A stretch of 64,000 nucleotides of DNA, from NCBI RefSeq assembly GCF_009914755.1, contig NC_060935.1; one strand, written 5' to 3'. The stretch is from the human T2T-CHM13v2.0 reference genome, Homo sapiens. Positions 48,130-62,820 of the stretch are shown piece after piece. The notes under the pieces were generated by a model. It made no database searches and was not told the DNA's origin. It saw nothing but the letters and a program-made list of their open reading frames with translations. Position 1 is the first letter of the stretch, and the number at the start of each line of letters is the position of its first letter. The position numbers and the translations under genes were made by a program.

Positions 48130-51100
48130 AAAATGATTTCTTGTCCATACAGGTCTCCCAAACTAAAAAATATATACTATTAGGAAGTGCTATGTACTAT
48201 TTTAGACAGGAAGGTTTAAAAAGACCCCTCTGAGTAAGTAGGAGATATCTGAATTGAATCTTAAATCTTAGGTAGAAGCCAAGAATGTGAATGTCAGAGG
48301 AAAAACTGTTCCTGGTAACAGAACAGCAACTAAAAAGTCCTTCAAGCAGACACAACTTTATATGCATGATAAAAAAAGAAGAAAAAAAACAGTGGAATTA
48401 TAGCAGAATAAATCAGAGAAAGAATAAAAGAATTTGGGTTGAGAGAACAACTGGGGTTTGGTAACAGACGAACTGGATGGCCATAATAAGAAATTTGGAT
48501 ATTATTCTGACTTCAGTGGAAAGGCACTGGGGTGTCTAAGCAGAGGAGTAGTATTACTTGATTTACACAAAAAGGCCACTATGGAAGATTAGTCTACAGG
48601 GAGGCAAGAGTGGAAGCAGGAAGGCCACTTGGCCAGGTATATCCTAAGATATGCTGATTGTAGATGATGGTCTAAGGTAGTAGCGGTGAAAATGGCAGAA
48701 ACTGGTGTTTATCTTACACCGATATGTCCTACTACGGCTTTTTCCCAAAAAAAAAAATCTGTGACATTCTTCCCAACCTGCTCCTACATTTATCCAATTT
48801 TCCATCTTTAATTCCATTTATCCCCTTTTGGGTTTGATGTTAGCATTGCCTCCTTCTGATTCTTGACCACCTTCCTCTCCTGACTCTCAAAGAAATGTAT
48901 GAATGGGATTTAGCTTCTCTTCCCAACTATATCAGGTAATGTATGGATTCCAGACGACCTCTCTGACTCTAAGTCCCAACTCTGCCCACCAGCCCAAGCC
49001 CTGTTTACCCTATTTATGGACTAGAATCGACAGATCTATAAAGGTGAAGAGTCAACCACATGCATACCTCACATATTTTACAATTACATATAAACATTGC
49101 ATTAGAGTTTAGACATCTTCCCTTTATCAGTGATCTCTTGTCATCACTGCGTCTGTACTTATTCTGCATTTTTCCTCACAAGAGCTGTATCTAAATATAA
49201 AAAATATAAGCTATATCTAAATATAAAAATGCTCTCTTGAGGATTTCCAATGTCTTCAGTATTCTACATTGCCTTGAATTTAGTAAGGCCATGCAACATT
49301 CTATTTTGACTCTAGTAAGCATTTACTTTGATGACTTGTATATTTTACCATTTCCCCCTTTTGCTTTTCCATGAAATACAGAAGATATTTTGTATGTCAA
49401 CAGCTTGCTGTTTACTGAAAGGACCCTGACAGCTATGATTAATAAGGTAAAGTCTCCGTGCTCCAGGGTTGGCAGTAATGGCTTGCATTTTCCAGTTGTG
49501 AAAAGTTTCCTCCTGCAGGCAGTTAAAGAAATGTGTTTCCTGAATGTCTTCTCTCACTTTGATCTTTTCCCAACTCTCATCCCAAGACCAAGCGAACGGG
49601 TATGCTCCACTCAACTTCCAAAATGTAAGCTTTGCTGGCAGTTCCACGAGTTGACCACTAACAATTTCCACCAGATGCTACTATAGATTAAATTATACAG
49701 AGTGGAAAACCTAGTTAGTGAGTTTGCATTGCTCTGAGTTATATTTTTGCCTACCCTTCAAACATCCATTTTCTCCTGCCCCAGTTCCCTTCTCTCCTGT
49801 TCTCTCCTCCTTTTTCCTCTTTCCCTCTCTGCCTCCAGACAGTATAGATTTCACTGTTAGAGGCTAAAGAAGTAAAGGCAGAAACTGATTCACATTGTGC
49901 CTTTGCAACATATTAGCTGGGGAATCTGGGCAAATTTTACAACCTCTTAGAACCTCGGTTTCCTCCATATACAGTGGGGAATATGACACATGCTTTGCAG
50001 GGTTCTTGTAAGGATTTGATAAGCCAATGTATGGAAGGGGCTTAACATAAGACTGAGAAATAATGTCACTATTCTCACACAATCTGGCAACATATAGCTC
50101 ATTGAGGATCCTCTTTTAAGAAAGAATACCTTATATGTTCTTTGGCTGAAAAAGTTGTGTTTCAAATACGCCTTTGGGATTCCATGTATTTTCTATGAGC
50201 CAGCCTTGACCTCCTCTTCCTGGCAGGCTCCTCAGAAGCCAAATATGTGCTTGTTCCCATTCATATAAGAAAGGTTCCTATACGTGTGTTTGCACCAAAC
50301 ACCCCTTCCCTATTTGGGCCAAGAAAATGAATGCTGCAGCAGGAGATAACAGAAAATTTTCTTACCCTTTATTTCCAAATGTTAACAGGACCTTTACTTT
50401 ATGCCTTGTGCATGGAGGTGATGCACATGAAAGTAACTTGGGAATTTCAGGATATAGACAGCAACGGTGAAAGAACTCTCAAAACTTGGCAATAGGCCAC
50501 CAAGTTAGAGAAAATAACAGTATTAATTTCTAGTATTTATTGAGCCATTAACTATATATTAAATACTGGGTAGCCTGGAAAATTCCAGTTTTTAGGCCTA
50601 CAAGACTGAAGGCTACACCCCAAGTAATCTCAGTATGGAAAACCTTAGGGTGACAGCACACACTTCCTTCTATAACCCCAGACTCTATGATTTGGTATCC
50701 CTAACTGCCAGGTCAGGAGCTTAGCAGAGCTGGTAGACTGGACTGATTCAAGCCCTGTTTCAGGTCTGATGTACATGAGTTTCACTGAGAGTACCTGCGT
50801 ACATTTGCATGAAACTTTGATGGCTCGTTGAAGTGAGAAGGCAATTTGGCAATTCTCCAGCTTGCCTGCTTCTCCCCATGCAACCTCTACCTGGGCTGCA
50901 AAGAGGCCTTGGCTCAATTGAACAAGTAGTCAAGATAGGATATGGTGGCCCCTCTCACACATCCCTAGAAGAAGCTTGAATTTGCACCCTTTACAATACA
51001 AGAGGAGACAATTGACCCAGTGAACATTAATACATGTATATATTTAGCTATAAATATAAAGAATAAACATGCATATTTCTTTTCTAAATTAAAGGCATTT

Positions 51101-52868
51101 GGGTCACTTGAAGAAAAAACAGAAAAAGAAAAAATCTTTAACTGGCTCAAACAAAAACTCATTCAGGCTTAGAAATTGGCAAAGGCAATAATGATAAATA
51201 CTCATCCCATAATCATATTTTTATAGGCCCTCATTTCCAAGAGTTTCACCATAAAAAGGATCACAGTGAAATATCTGGACTGACAGTTCACAATAGTGGT
51301 ATGATATCAACAGGATGTCAGGTTTTACAGGGCTTTCCCATTTCCTCTGTAAAATTCCAAAATTTTACATTTTGCATTACAGTTGCATTTTGCATTACAG
51401 TTGCATTACCAAAAGATGCAACTACCACTTTTGCCTTTAAATCATTATTTTTTAAAAAAAAACTACCTTCCAAAAGGGCTATTTGTTCATTCCTCTGTTC
51501 ATTCACCACCTATTTATTGAGCACCTACCAAGTACGGTTGCTGCTGCACATAGAGGATAAAAATGGCAATAACAACAAAACAGATAGTATTACCTACTAT
51601 ATCTATTATTATGTAACACCATTCTGAGCACGTAACATGTATTTAACACAGGTAATCCTTGCAACAACCCTTTAGGAAGGTTGCTTATAAACTGTTCTAC
51701 TATCTATAGAATGTCACCTGATGCCTGTGCCAGCCATCCTCTGTCACTCTCCTTGATCTCCAGCCCTGCCACAAGTCCCTTCTCTGGCTGACAGTCTCTC
51801 TTGATCTGGCTCACCCTTCTTTATAGTTGAACCATAATTCTAGAAGGACCACAGCATCTTCAGACTGGGAGTTGGGAATATGTAAAACAAGTCCTTCCTC
51901 GGTGATCCCAAATGCTAAATAAAACAAACTTTGGGTTAAACTGAGAAAGAGATAAGAGTAAATTAGTAGGAGAAGACCTTGACTTCAGGCTCAAGTTTGC
52001 CAGGATTGAGCCAGCAAGCCATAGAACAAAACTCAAGATTTCAACATTATGCTAACCTCTGTCAGATTAAAATAGTAAAAAACCATACTTGTAATTATAT
52101 CCGTAGATATAGTTTTAATCTTGAGAACTACACAGTGTAAGAACATCAGAGTGAGAAATAACCTTAACAAATGGAGAAGCCTAAACAGGTGAAGAAACTG
52201 ATTCCAGGTCCTATAGACTCCTGGTATTAAGGTCAAGAAGTCACAGAATCACAAAGCCAGCTCATCTTATTTACCTGGTCACCAGCTGCCTGAATCCTTA
52301 TAATAGAACAGCCTTGACAAGTGATTATACAGGCTGTGCTTCAATTCTTCAAATTATGGGTACTCCTTTCTCTCTGGCTGGGGTCAGGTTGAGGGTAGGG
52401 AGGTGGGTACATTCATTTGTGGTAGAGTTCTAACTCATAAAAATTTTGTTACATTTTGAACTAAAACCCTTTTACATTTTGAACTAAAATCTTCCTCCAT
52501 GTATCTTCTACCATTCAAAAACCCACAGCCCCCAATTATTTATCCCTTTTCCACATCAAATTAATCAAATATCTGGTGGCACCTTTTGCCAGCCTCAATA
52601 TCCCCAGTTCCTACTACCCTTCCTTATGTAACATAAACAACAACCCAGATCTCCCAGCTCTGGTTTATTGCTAGGAAGAAAAGGTGTATAGTAGTTAAAA
52701 GCATGGGCTTTGCAGAAAGACAAATCCCTAGGTTGAATTTCATTTCTACATTCATATTAATATCCAAGGACAATTTACTTAATTTATATATCTTGATATA
52801 TATAAAGATATATCTTTATAAATATATCTATATAAAGATATAATATATCTTTATATAATATATCTTGG

Positions 52869-53422
52869 TGTAAGGAATATGGCTGTGCTTTGGTCAGGGA
52901 TAGGCCGAAGTAGGATGTTTACAACCTGCATGACTCAGTGAGTTCAGAGCGCAGGCGTTTAACTCCACTTGTTATCACAGCCATGTAGCCATAACATGGG
53001 AAGGCCACCCCTTGGCCTTAAGCCACTGTTGTCTGTAAAATGTATAACTGCCCTGTGGACACTGTGTAGGCGCACTGGTGCCCAGAGAAACAGAGTCAGA
53101 GCTGTCCATCTTTGCAGATGGACAGGAGGGAGCCAGGGAACTGCTAGGCTTGTCCATGCCCAAAGACAGAAAGGGTTAAGCTGCTGACTCTGAAGCAAAG
53201 GGAGAGCCCACCATGTAGCTGCAGGCATGGGGGCTGCAGGAGCCACAGAGCTGGAGCAGACAGCCGAGATAAAGAGAGCTAGTGTAAGAAAGCTGTTGAT
53301 GAGAGCTGCTGCTGAATAAAATCATCTTGCACCTGCCTGCGGCCCCCCGAGTGTTCTTTCTGCTCATCCAACCACTCCCTTTGGACCTCAGTATGACATT
53401 TGGTATAGTCGTGAACCTGACA
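52869..53422 (+). mobile_element. ERVL-class solo LTR (LTR18-like) inserted in a MIR remnant
   Basis: TG...CA termini; 5-bp TSD CTTGG at 52864-52868 and 53423-53427; internal AATAAA near 53315. Confidence 0.8.
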
Positions 53423-55111
53423 CTTGGGTTTCTTTAATTTAAATCACTTTGAAGGGTTCTTGGGGCGAGTAAATAACATATGTAAAATGCCTAGCACCTT
53501 ACCTAGCATTTTGTAGAAGTTCAACATATATATTTGAATGGATAAATAAATGAACCCCTAGTTGGATGCTTTGTTTAAACTTGGCACTCATAAGTGAGTT
53601 TTGTAGAATGAAAAGCAAACCTGGAGAAGACCTTGTGTAGGGGAAAGGATCAGAGGGAGAATGAAGGAGAAACAGCCTTAATGAGAACCCAAAGCTGCCA
53701 TGGCTGACGAACTTTATATGTAAGGAAACCTCAGCCCTTTCTGTAACAAGTTCGCCAACCATCTGACAGCAGCGTGCTTCACACTCACCTGTGCTCACAA
53801 AGGGGAAAGGAGGGAAGACTCATAAATTCAAGTCCTTTTCAACTAACTCTGAGCTTTCTCATAAAGGTCTGACCACTTGTGAATTTGAGATCCCAAAAGC
53901 TAAGTTATTTGGGGAATGGGATAAATGGTACTTTATATCTTTTTTCTTCTTCTTCTTAAAAAATAGCTGAACAGGCTTTCCTAACTCTTTCCCAAAAGCT
54001 TCATGTTCAGGCTGAGCTCAGCCCTGGAAGGTCTCACACTCAAGAGGAAGGCCTGAGAAAGTCATTAAAGGCAAGTGAAGGCCCTGGAATGGAAATACAC
54101 AGGGAAGATGGAAATTCCATTGGCTTTTCCTCTCAGGTGATCCATCTTTCAATAACAGGAAGATGAAACCAAAGCAAACTGTCTCAAGGATAACATCTCC
54201 TAAACCATTATAAACTTAAAACATCGCTTAAAGCAGGGGCTTTGGGGCACAGCTTGTCATATCTTGAATCATGGTTCCCCTCATTATATGGGCTGTTTGT
54301 GGCAAATAACTGAAACTCCCTGGGCCTCAGTTTCCTCCTCTGTAAAATGGAGATAATGTCCCTTATTTCATAGGAATTTAAAGAGGAACAAATAAGAGAG
54401 TCTAGCTTGTATACTGTCTGGCACGTATGTTAAACTATTTCACTAGATGTAAAGTAATGTATATATAGCAAACAATCTTTGTCCTATTAACATGAAGGGA
54501 TCAAATAATTAAAATGAGTCCACACTTTTTCTTCTCCCCATTGCCTGTTTGGCCTCTCCTTCTCTTCCTATCTCCCTCCTGGCTCTTGGTAGAAAGGAAA
54601 GAAACTGGACAAACACATTATCCACTTCTCTTCCTGACAAAAAGTTTATCCATGAAGAAGAACCACATGCACTAGGAAAAGAGAATGACATGGAAAGGAA
54701 AGGGTAGAGGGCTGGGATGGTGCTAAGCGTCCTGCAGTGCATATAACAACCCTCCATGACGAAGAGTTATCCAGTCCAAAATGTCAATAGTATCAAGGTG
54801 ATGAAACACTGGGCTATAATATATAAAACATAAGGGAGTAGTGGGACAAATGGAGGTGGCAGTTAGATTGAGGATCTTGGATATCTAAGCTAAGATAGCT
54901 AAGATTTCTTTCCCAAAGTAATGGGTATATTACTGGATTCAAGGCATGAAGAAAATAGAATTTTAGAATAATCTAATTTGTTTTGCAAAGTTGTGTCTAA
55001 TATAGGAACTTAGAGATACCAGAGAGTTCCAGGTAGCCTGATACAAATTCACATTTTATATTGAATTGTGGTTATGGTGTCCCAACATCTAGTTGAAAAG
55101 TGAAAGCATCA

Positions 55112-55360
<249 letters not shown>

Positions 55361-56469
55361 TCAACAGGTTAATTTTATCTCCTTGACTTCAACAAACCAA
55401 AAGCCTGGATTTCTGGTTTTCCCATTGATTATGACTTCTGCAATTTGGCAAGACAATTAAAGGGGATGAGTGGAGTGGATTTACTCTAACTAATAGTTTG
55501 GCATGATGTAGACAAAACATCTGGTTGGCTGGTGCTTTCATTTTTCACTTGGTGGTTTTGACATGGAGGAAACAATCATTGTTGGATGCTAACTAGTTAT
55601 CATTGTAAGCCCAGCTGTTCATAGGGTAGAATCAACAGTCCTAAAATAAAGTATTGTAGGTACATACCTTCAACCTGAAAGATTACAGCTTATAAGAAAA
55701 ATGATTCTAGAGGTAAAAATAAATAACTCAAGCATAACCTTCATTTATGTTTACTTGCCATTGTTCATGTTCAAATACCCTGTCAGATATGTCTTATATG
55801 CCTGGGAGTTTGTGTGATTCATCAAAGCATTAAGTCAAGCCACATTCCCTAGACCAGGGCTGTACCTTCCTGGAGAGAGAAGCTCATTTTTCTTCACACA
55901 CTAGTTGTTGTATACTCACAAAATCATGTACCTCAAGAGGATGCATTCACCCAGAAAGTGAGTGATATGTTTTGTTATTTTTTTAAATTTATCTGCAAAG
56001 AGGAGACTCCTTGTATAAATTCATCTGAAGGAACAATAAAAGCCAGTGAAAGCCTAGGTTCGTTTTTTCTGCACTTCTAAATCCTACACATATTTTTAAG
56101 CCTAGTTCTTTCCACCTTCCTAAAGGCTTCCCCGGGGCTACTGCCCATGGTGAGTAACATACATGACAATTTTCACTGGCAAAGGACTACTTGGATCACT
56201 GTGCCAAGCAAATTTTTGAGGTCGTATTAGGATCCCACAGGAAAGAGTTCTGTGATCCATTAGCAATGCCTTTCATGATCATAAGAAAGGGAGAAGGTAA
56301 CATGAGAACAAAGTATTTGCTTTCTTCACCCTTTCCTAGCATTTGTTGACACTGTCATTCATTTGGTACCAATGCTAGACACTGGTGTAACAATAGTGAG
56401 CAATACTAAATATTATTCCTGCTTTCTCAGAGCTTAAAGTCTAGTGGAAAGTGTCTTTAAGTAAATACT

Positions 56470-56948
56470 CATATATCCTCTGATGAATTAAAGATAGCCA
56501 CAAATTGTGCTTCATCCAACAGAGGGTAGCATTTTCTTCCCTCTCCTTGAATCTGGATGGCCTATGTATTTGCTTTGACCAATAGAATATGGTAAAAATG
56601 ACTTGTGACAGTTTGGGACCCAAACTTTAAAAGGCCCAGCAGCTTCCACCTTTTCTACTTAGATGCTAGCCACTGAGGTATAAAGAATGCTGGGCTAGAC
56701 ATCTGAATGAAAGCACCCACAATGAAAAGAGGTCCAAAAATGCAGATGCCATGTTGAACATGCTGGAGCCAAAAGAGCTCTTAGCTAAATGCAGCCACTT
56801 GAGTTAACTCAGTTTTCACAATGTGGAGCAGAAGAACCAACCAGCTAAACCAAGTCAAGTTAAAAAATTGTAGAAATTTTAAATTGTATTGTTTTAGGCC
56901 ACAAAATATGAGGATTATTTGTATATAGCAATAGATAGCTAAAACACA
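56470..56948 (+). mobile_element. Old MLT1-type MaLR LTR
   Basis: ctccttgaatctgg...tgctttgaccaatagaat...ttgttttaggccac...tagcaatagatagctaaaaca. Confidence 0.6.
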
Positions 56949-59900
56949 TAATTTCTAAAGTAGGCCTCTACCACATCCCGTTTTCATCACATTATCCTGT
57001 TTTACTTTTATTGTAATTCTTATTACTACCTAAAATTATTTTATATTTTTATCTGTTGTCTGTCTTCCCAAACAAGAGAAAAACCTGGTGAGAGCAGGCA
57101 CCTTGCTTCATGCTGTAACCCCTATGTCCACAACAATGCCTGTCACAAAGCAGAAGCTCAGAAAATATTTACAGATTAAACGACTAGATGGATAGTTGTA
57201 ACTATGATATATGCGGCAACTGAGAAGTTAATGTTGCTATAACTATAAGAGGATTAGTCCTGGTGAGGGAGGTCAGGAAAAGGAAGGCTGGCTTTGATAA
57301 AATCTTCACATGTTATGTCCTGGATGGGAGTGAGAAAACATTTATTTCTAATTACTTATTAATTTACCATTCTCTTATAAGTGACATTATCACCTTAAAC
57401 TTTCTGTGGTGGCAGGGTGAAACTTTTTTTTCCAAATATTTTTAGAGCAACTTGCTGACAATCCAGTTGCTAACTACTTATTAATTTAGTAAGTAAGGAA
57501 TCTCCTGAATTATAAGAACATTAATTTTAGTAAAACTGATCGACAAAAGAAGATGTGAAGTCTACTCTATTCCTCTGCTAGAAATCTAGATTAAAGGAAA
57601 AATATCTTCTTTCTTTTGTACCTACCTATTTGTAGCTTAAGTTCTATCTGCGTTTAAATTTGATATTTAATTAAAGCTTAGTTTTGGCTCTCTTAATAGA
57701 AAGACAGATAAATTGTTGGCATGAAAGAAATGAAAATTCATGGTTATAAATCTCTGAGATGAGTTTTAACACAAAAATACTACCAGTTAGTATACAGAAA
57801 GATAATAAAATTCAGGTCAACAAGTAACACAGACTCTGGATTAATTCAGACGTTTGTTTGAATCTTTGATTCAATACTCCAAATATTGGAAAACTTATTT
57901 AATAATTTATCTTTAAAGATAGGTTCTTTCTATCTTTAAATAAAGAAATATTTATCGAACATTCTTTGCTAGGTTCGGAAACTATAGCAGATGGCAAGAC
58001 AGAAAGCAATTGTTTTCATGGAGTTTAAAATTTAGGGAAAAAGATACCTAGAAAGTAAATTATAAGTCAGCTGAGAGTCCCCTTAAAAGATTTTGATTTA
58101 GCAAAGTTCCCTTATAAAGTAGTTGAGATAATTTTGTGATATAAGGCATATAAAGTCCCTGGAACTATGCTTGGCACATCATACTTTCAACAATGTGGAA
58201 TTTCCCAGCCTCTTGGCATTGAAGCAGACAGAAAGTGGACATCCCAGATGTTCCAGATCTGAAAGATTGATAAGTGAAAAAAAACCATATCTGTCTATTC
58301 CCCTTTATAATTCTAATGCTTAGGTTGAGTTAGTGAATGAGTGAATTGATCCCTCTTAAAGCTTAAAAACAAGATAAACGATCTAAGCGTGCAGCTTTGT
58401 AGCACTGCCTTCTCTTTAAGGCCCAGAAGAGTGCCTCACTCACCTTTCACAGTCCCATGGTGATCAGCACAATGCCTAAGAAACTCTAGAAAGTGCAGAC
58501 CAATGGGAAAACCCTGGACTTGTGGGAGAAAGAGTTCTCTCTCTACCACTTCTCGCCTGTAAATCCCATAATCTCTAAGTGCCAGCATTTCCACTTGTCA
58601 AGTCGGTTCTGAAATCCTTGCTTCCCTCACAAAATAGTCAAATGAGATAATATAAGTGGAAATGTTCTCAAAACTGTAAGACACAACACAAGTATAAAGG
58701 AGTAGTATTATTAAGACACTTTCATGCTTTAACCCTCTGTAGTCTGCTTTCATCTGACCATCTCTTCACTGGGACTCTTTTCTCAGAAGTTGCTTACTGA
58801 AGTCATTTGAGACAAAGCAAGAAACAAAGTAGTTTTGTTGCCGGGGAAGATCAGCTAGCTGGCTGCCAAGAGGCCATTTACTTCTGTGAGCTCAATAAAT
58901 GCAGGCTGTGACCCTCAGTCTGGCAGCTGCAGAAACAGCCTTAGCAGTTTTACAGAGTTGATTATATTCAGGATGATGACTCATACTGATTTGGGTATAT
59001 GAACCAGGGTATGTGTTAGAAAAAGGAAATAGAACTGTTAAACCATCTTTTTCTGTTGCATATTTCCTGCAGAAAAGCTACATGAAAGCCAATTTATCAG
59101 AAGATACCTTGGTGGGCAAAGAATTGGTTCTCTTGTAGTTAACACGGGTGATTGGAATGTTTAATGACATCGGTGTGTCTGCTTCCGTGATAAGGATGTG
59201 TCTCCCTGAGAAAAATGGCTGTTTACATCATCTTATCAGGGCACTCTCTTCTCTGGCTTATGTGTCTCTGCTTCTCCTTTGCTGGCCAGCATCTCTTCTT
59301 AAGGATGCATTCTTTCTTTAGATAAAGTAATGCCTTCAATCAGGTTCCAGTTCAGTCTTACTGGCCTGGAGGACATTCAGTCTCTTTTATGTATATTTGC
59401 CTATTTCTCAGTTACCAAACCCAAAGTGTTCAGTTTACAGTTTAACTCTCATGTGGTCATTTTACTTCCTTATTTCCTGTATTCTTAGGGGGTGCTTCAT
59501 TATTGCTCCATTTGTCACCAACAATAATGAACTTCTAATTTATCTCCAAATTCCATATCCCCTTCTTGGTCTTCATTCTCCTGCATGTCTGTTCAGCATG
59601 ACAACATTGATCTTGCCTACAGTAAGCAATGTCTAGAATCCTTTCTATCTTCAATAGTCCCCCTATTTCCTTTTGGAGAATTGCCTTCTCCCATTGTGTT
59701 CAACCTTGGTTGAAGGGTAGTTCCTGGCTTGTGAATGCCCATCTCTAACTTGGGAAGGCTAGGAGACCAAATTCTGGCTCTGCCAGGACAGGCATGTAAC
59801 TAGAAATCAGATTCTTCTGGAACTTTGAGTGGCAGTCATTCTTATGACAGAAGAAGATTAAGTAGCAATAGTGGCAATATTACCAGCATATAGAATGTGG

Positions 59901-59962
59901 ACTCCTGCTAGAAATATTTTCTGAATGGTCCCAGTTTCATGCATTTTGGGCCTCCAGCTTGG

Positions 59963-60129
59963 AGTGTGTGTGTGTGTGTAATATAGATACACGGATGATG
60001 AAGAGAAGAGAAGAGAAAGAAGAGAAGACAAGAGAAGAAGAAAGAAAGAGAGAGAAAGAGAAGAAAGAAGAAAGAAAGAAAGAAGAAAGAAAGAAGAAAG
60101 AAAGAAAGAAAGAAAGAAGAAAGAAAGAA

Positions 60130-60163
<34 letters not shown>

Positions 60164-60200
60164 AGAAAGAAAGAAGAAAGAAAGAAAGAGAGAAAGAAAG
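59963..60200 (+). repeat. (TG)n microsatellite followed by a ~200-nt (GAA/GAAA)n polypurine tract
   Basis: Seen directly in sequence. Confidence 0.95.
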
Positions 60201-61759
60201 CAGGCAAGCAGACACAGACAGACAAACAGATAAATTAACAGACGGATTCGTTTTTCATTCCTCTCATTCCTAAAACTCGTCTCTGTACTGCCTTTTGATT
60301 CTGTGAGGCCCTGAAATCCTGCCATTAAGTCTGTTTGCTTAAAGTAGTCAGAGGCGTTTTTATTGCTTGCTACCAAGAAGTTTTCTTGTCTCCTCAAGTA
60401 GATTGAAAGCAGTGAAAATGGCTTTTCATCATCTCCCGCAGAGCAGTGCCTCATACATAACGGGTGCTCAATAAAGTATACATAATTGAACAATTCTGTG
60501 TTGTATATTCAGCAACTGTAGCAGAGTTGAGTTTAATTCAAATGAACTGAGCAGCACTTGCTCCAGCCCATAGCAACTATAATACTAGAATATTTCACCA
60601 CCATTCAGAAAATTGGGCTCACAAGATTAGATTTTGGAATCTTGACAGATAAGATTTCAGCAACTCCTTATTTAAACACTTCTTAGGCAAATTATGTATC
60701 ACACTCTGTTACTAGGAGCTCTGGCAAGTATCTGCAAGTGAAATAGTCAAAAGCAACTGCCTATCTTTGTAGGTGGTGTGTCATCAAGAAGTGGATGTAA
60801 CATGCTGCAGTGTTAGCTCAAGCCTCTGGTTTAACCACAGACCCTGAATTAATAGCATAATTGGTTTGCAGATTCAGATGGAGGAATGCATGCAGAATAA
60901 GAATTGCAGGTAACAGTACGAATTGGGTTTTTTCCTTCTGAAGCTACTTGGTTTCTATAATCCCTCCTCTATCCAGCATTAGATCAATTCTATTTGGTGT
61001 TGTGCAAAAGTCTGTTGAATAAAAAATGAAAGATTGCAGTTGTCTTTTGGGGAAACTCTTCCTCTGTTCAATAAGATGCATTTTCAAAAGGATACAAATA
61101 AACTTTGATTTTTAAAAAATAGTCAGTATTAATGACTCAAAAGTTTACCAAAGCAAGACCATATGCTAACTTTGTCAAGTAGTATTTATACTTGTTCCTA
61201 AGAATAAACCTATCCCTGTGAAGAAACATCACTGGAAACCACTAGTTACTGCTAGCCATAGCAAATCTGGGTTTCATCAGTGAGGCCACAGAACTCACTG
61301 AACACCACCTCACACTTCTACTGGGTATACATATGACACCCAGACAATACCATCTCAGCAGCCTTCTTACTCTTGACCTGGTATGTCCTTCCCCAACCTT
61401 GCAGAAGACTCAAACCTATCAATTTCTTCAAAGTGATCCTTGCATGTCCTTGATAAAATGTCTACTGAAGGAGATGAGACACTCAAGGCACACAAGTTTC
61501 ACCTTCAGTCACTGATTATGATTATGAAGGGAGGCTTTAGGGGCAATGGTATATGACCCAGTCCAAGAAAATCACACTAAGAGAATTTTTTTAAGAGAGG
61601 TAACTTAAAGCAAAACAAAATAAAGAGTTTTGACACTAAGAAGAATATAAGAAACAAAGTGCAGATGTAATTCATCCTGTTCAGAGGCATTGAGGCATAA
61701 ATAGTTAAGTAAATAAAATAGCATTAGTAATGAGAGTACCTTTCTCACCTCAAAGCAAT

Positions 61760-62121
61760 TATCTTAGTTTGTTCGGGCTGTTCTAACAGAATATCATAAA
61801 GTAGGTTTCTTACAAGCAAGAGAAATTTATCTCTCACAGTTCTAGAGGCTAGGATGTCCAAAATCAAGGCACCAACAGATGCAGTGTCTGGTGAGGGCCT
61901 GCTTCCTGGTTCATAGATGCTATCTTCTTGCTGTGTCCTCATGTGGCAGAAGGGACAGGGGAGGTCTCTGGGATCTTTTTATTAGGACACTAATCTCATT
62001 CATGAGGGCTCCAACCTCATGACCTAATAGCCCCTCAAAGACCCTACCTCCTAAAACCATTACATTGGTGATTAGATTTAAACGTTAATTCTGGGGACAC
62101 ACAAATATTCAGAGCAAAGCA
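61760..62121 (-). mobile_element. MLT1A-type MaLR solo LTR
   Basis: cttagtttgttcgggctg...cacagttctagaggct...ggggacacacaaatattcag. Confidence 0.75.
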
Positions 62122-62199
62122 GTCATGATATGAAGAGTCTGTCTAAGGAAAGAAGTGATGTGGCTCATGCTATACCATGCATGATTTTAATCTGGGTAA

Positions 62200-62820
62200 A
62201 ATGCTAAATTCAAATCTCAGAAATCATGAATGATGAAATAAAAAGGTCCTCACAAGTTAGTTATCTATATAAAAAAATTGGATTTCTTCTTGCCCTACAA
62301 AAATAAATTCTAGATTAATTAAAGACCTAAATGTCAAAAGAAAAAGTGTTAATGGAAAATATAGGTGAATTTCTTTCTGATCTTAAGGTAGAAAAGAATT
62401 TCTTAAGGTGCAAAATGTACCAACGAAGAGAAAAATTTGGTGAATCTATATTAAATTTAAGACCACTTGCTAATCAGAAGGCACATTAAAGAAAGTGAAA
62501 ATACATGTTACGAACTGGAAGAAGATATTTTCAACATGTATAACTAATAAAAAATTAGTAACAAGAATATGTAAAAAAAACTCTTGGAAATCATAAGGAC
62601 AAAAACACAATAAAAATTATTAAAAGACATGAACAAGCACCTCAAGGTAAAGAAAATACATATGGTTAATACACATACAAGGAAATATTCAGTTTCAACA
62701 GATATCTGGAAAATACAAATTATAACATGACACTATTTTAGACTTCTTTAATTGGCCACAGTGGTATGACAATGTTTAACAATACCAAGTGTTGGAGAAA
62801 AGGTAGATGAATGGGATTGA
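62200..62820 (+). mobile_element. Old L1M ORF2 3' fragment
   Basis: aaaataaattctagattaattaaagacctaaatgt; aaagacatgaacaagcac; aataccaagtgttggag. Confidence 0.55.

Noticed and set aside
51368-51403. 18-bp tandem duplication (similar ones near 8623, 49185 and 52449)
   Set aside because: Two-copy slippage duplications without spacers; ordinary, not CRISPR-like.
59858-60493. 211-aa minus-strand ORF and overlapping ORFs
   Set aside because: Translations of the (GAA/GAAA)n repeat.
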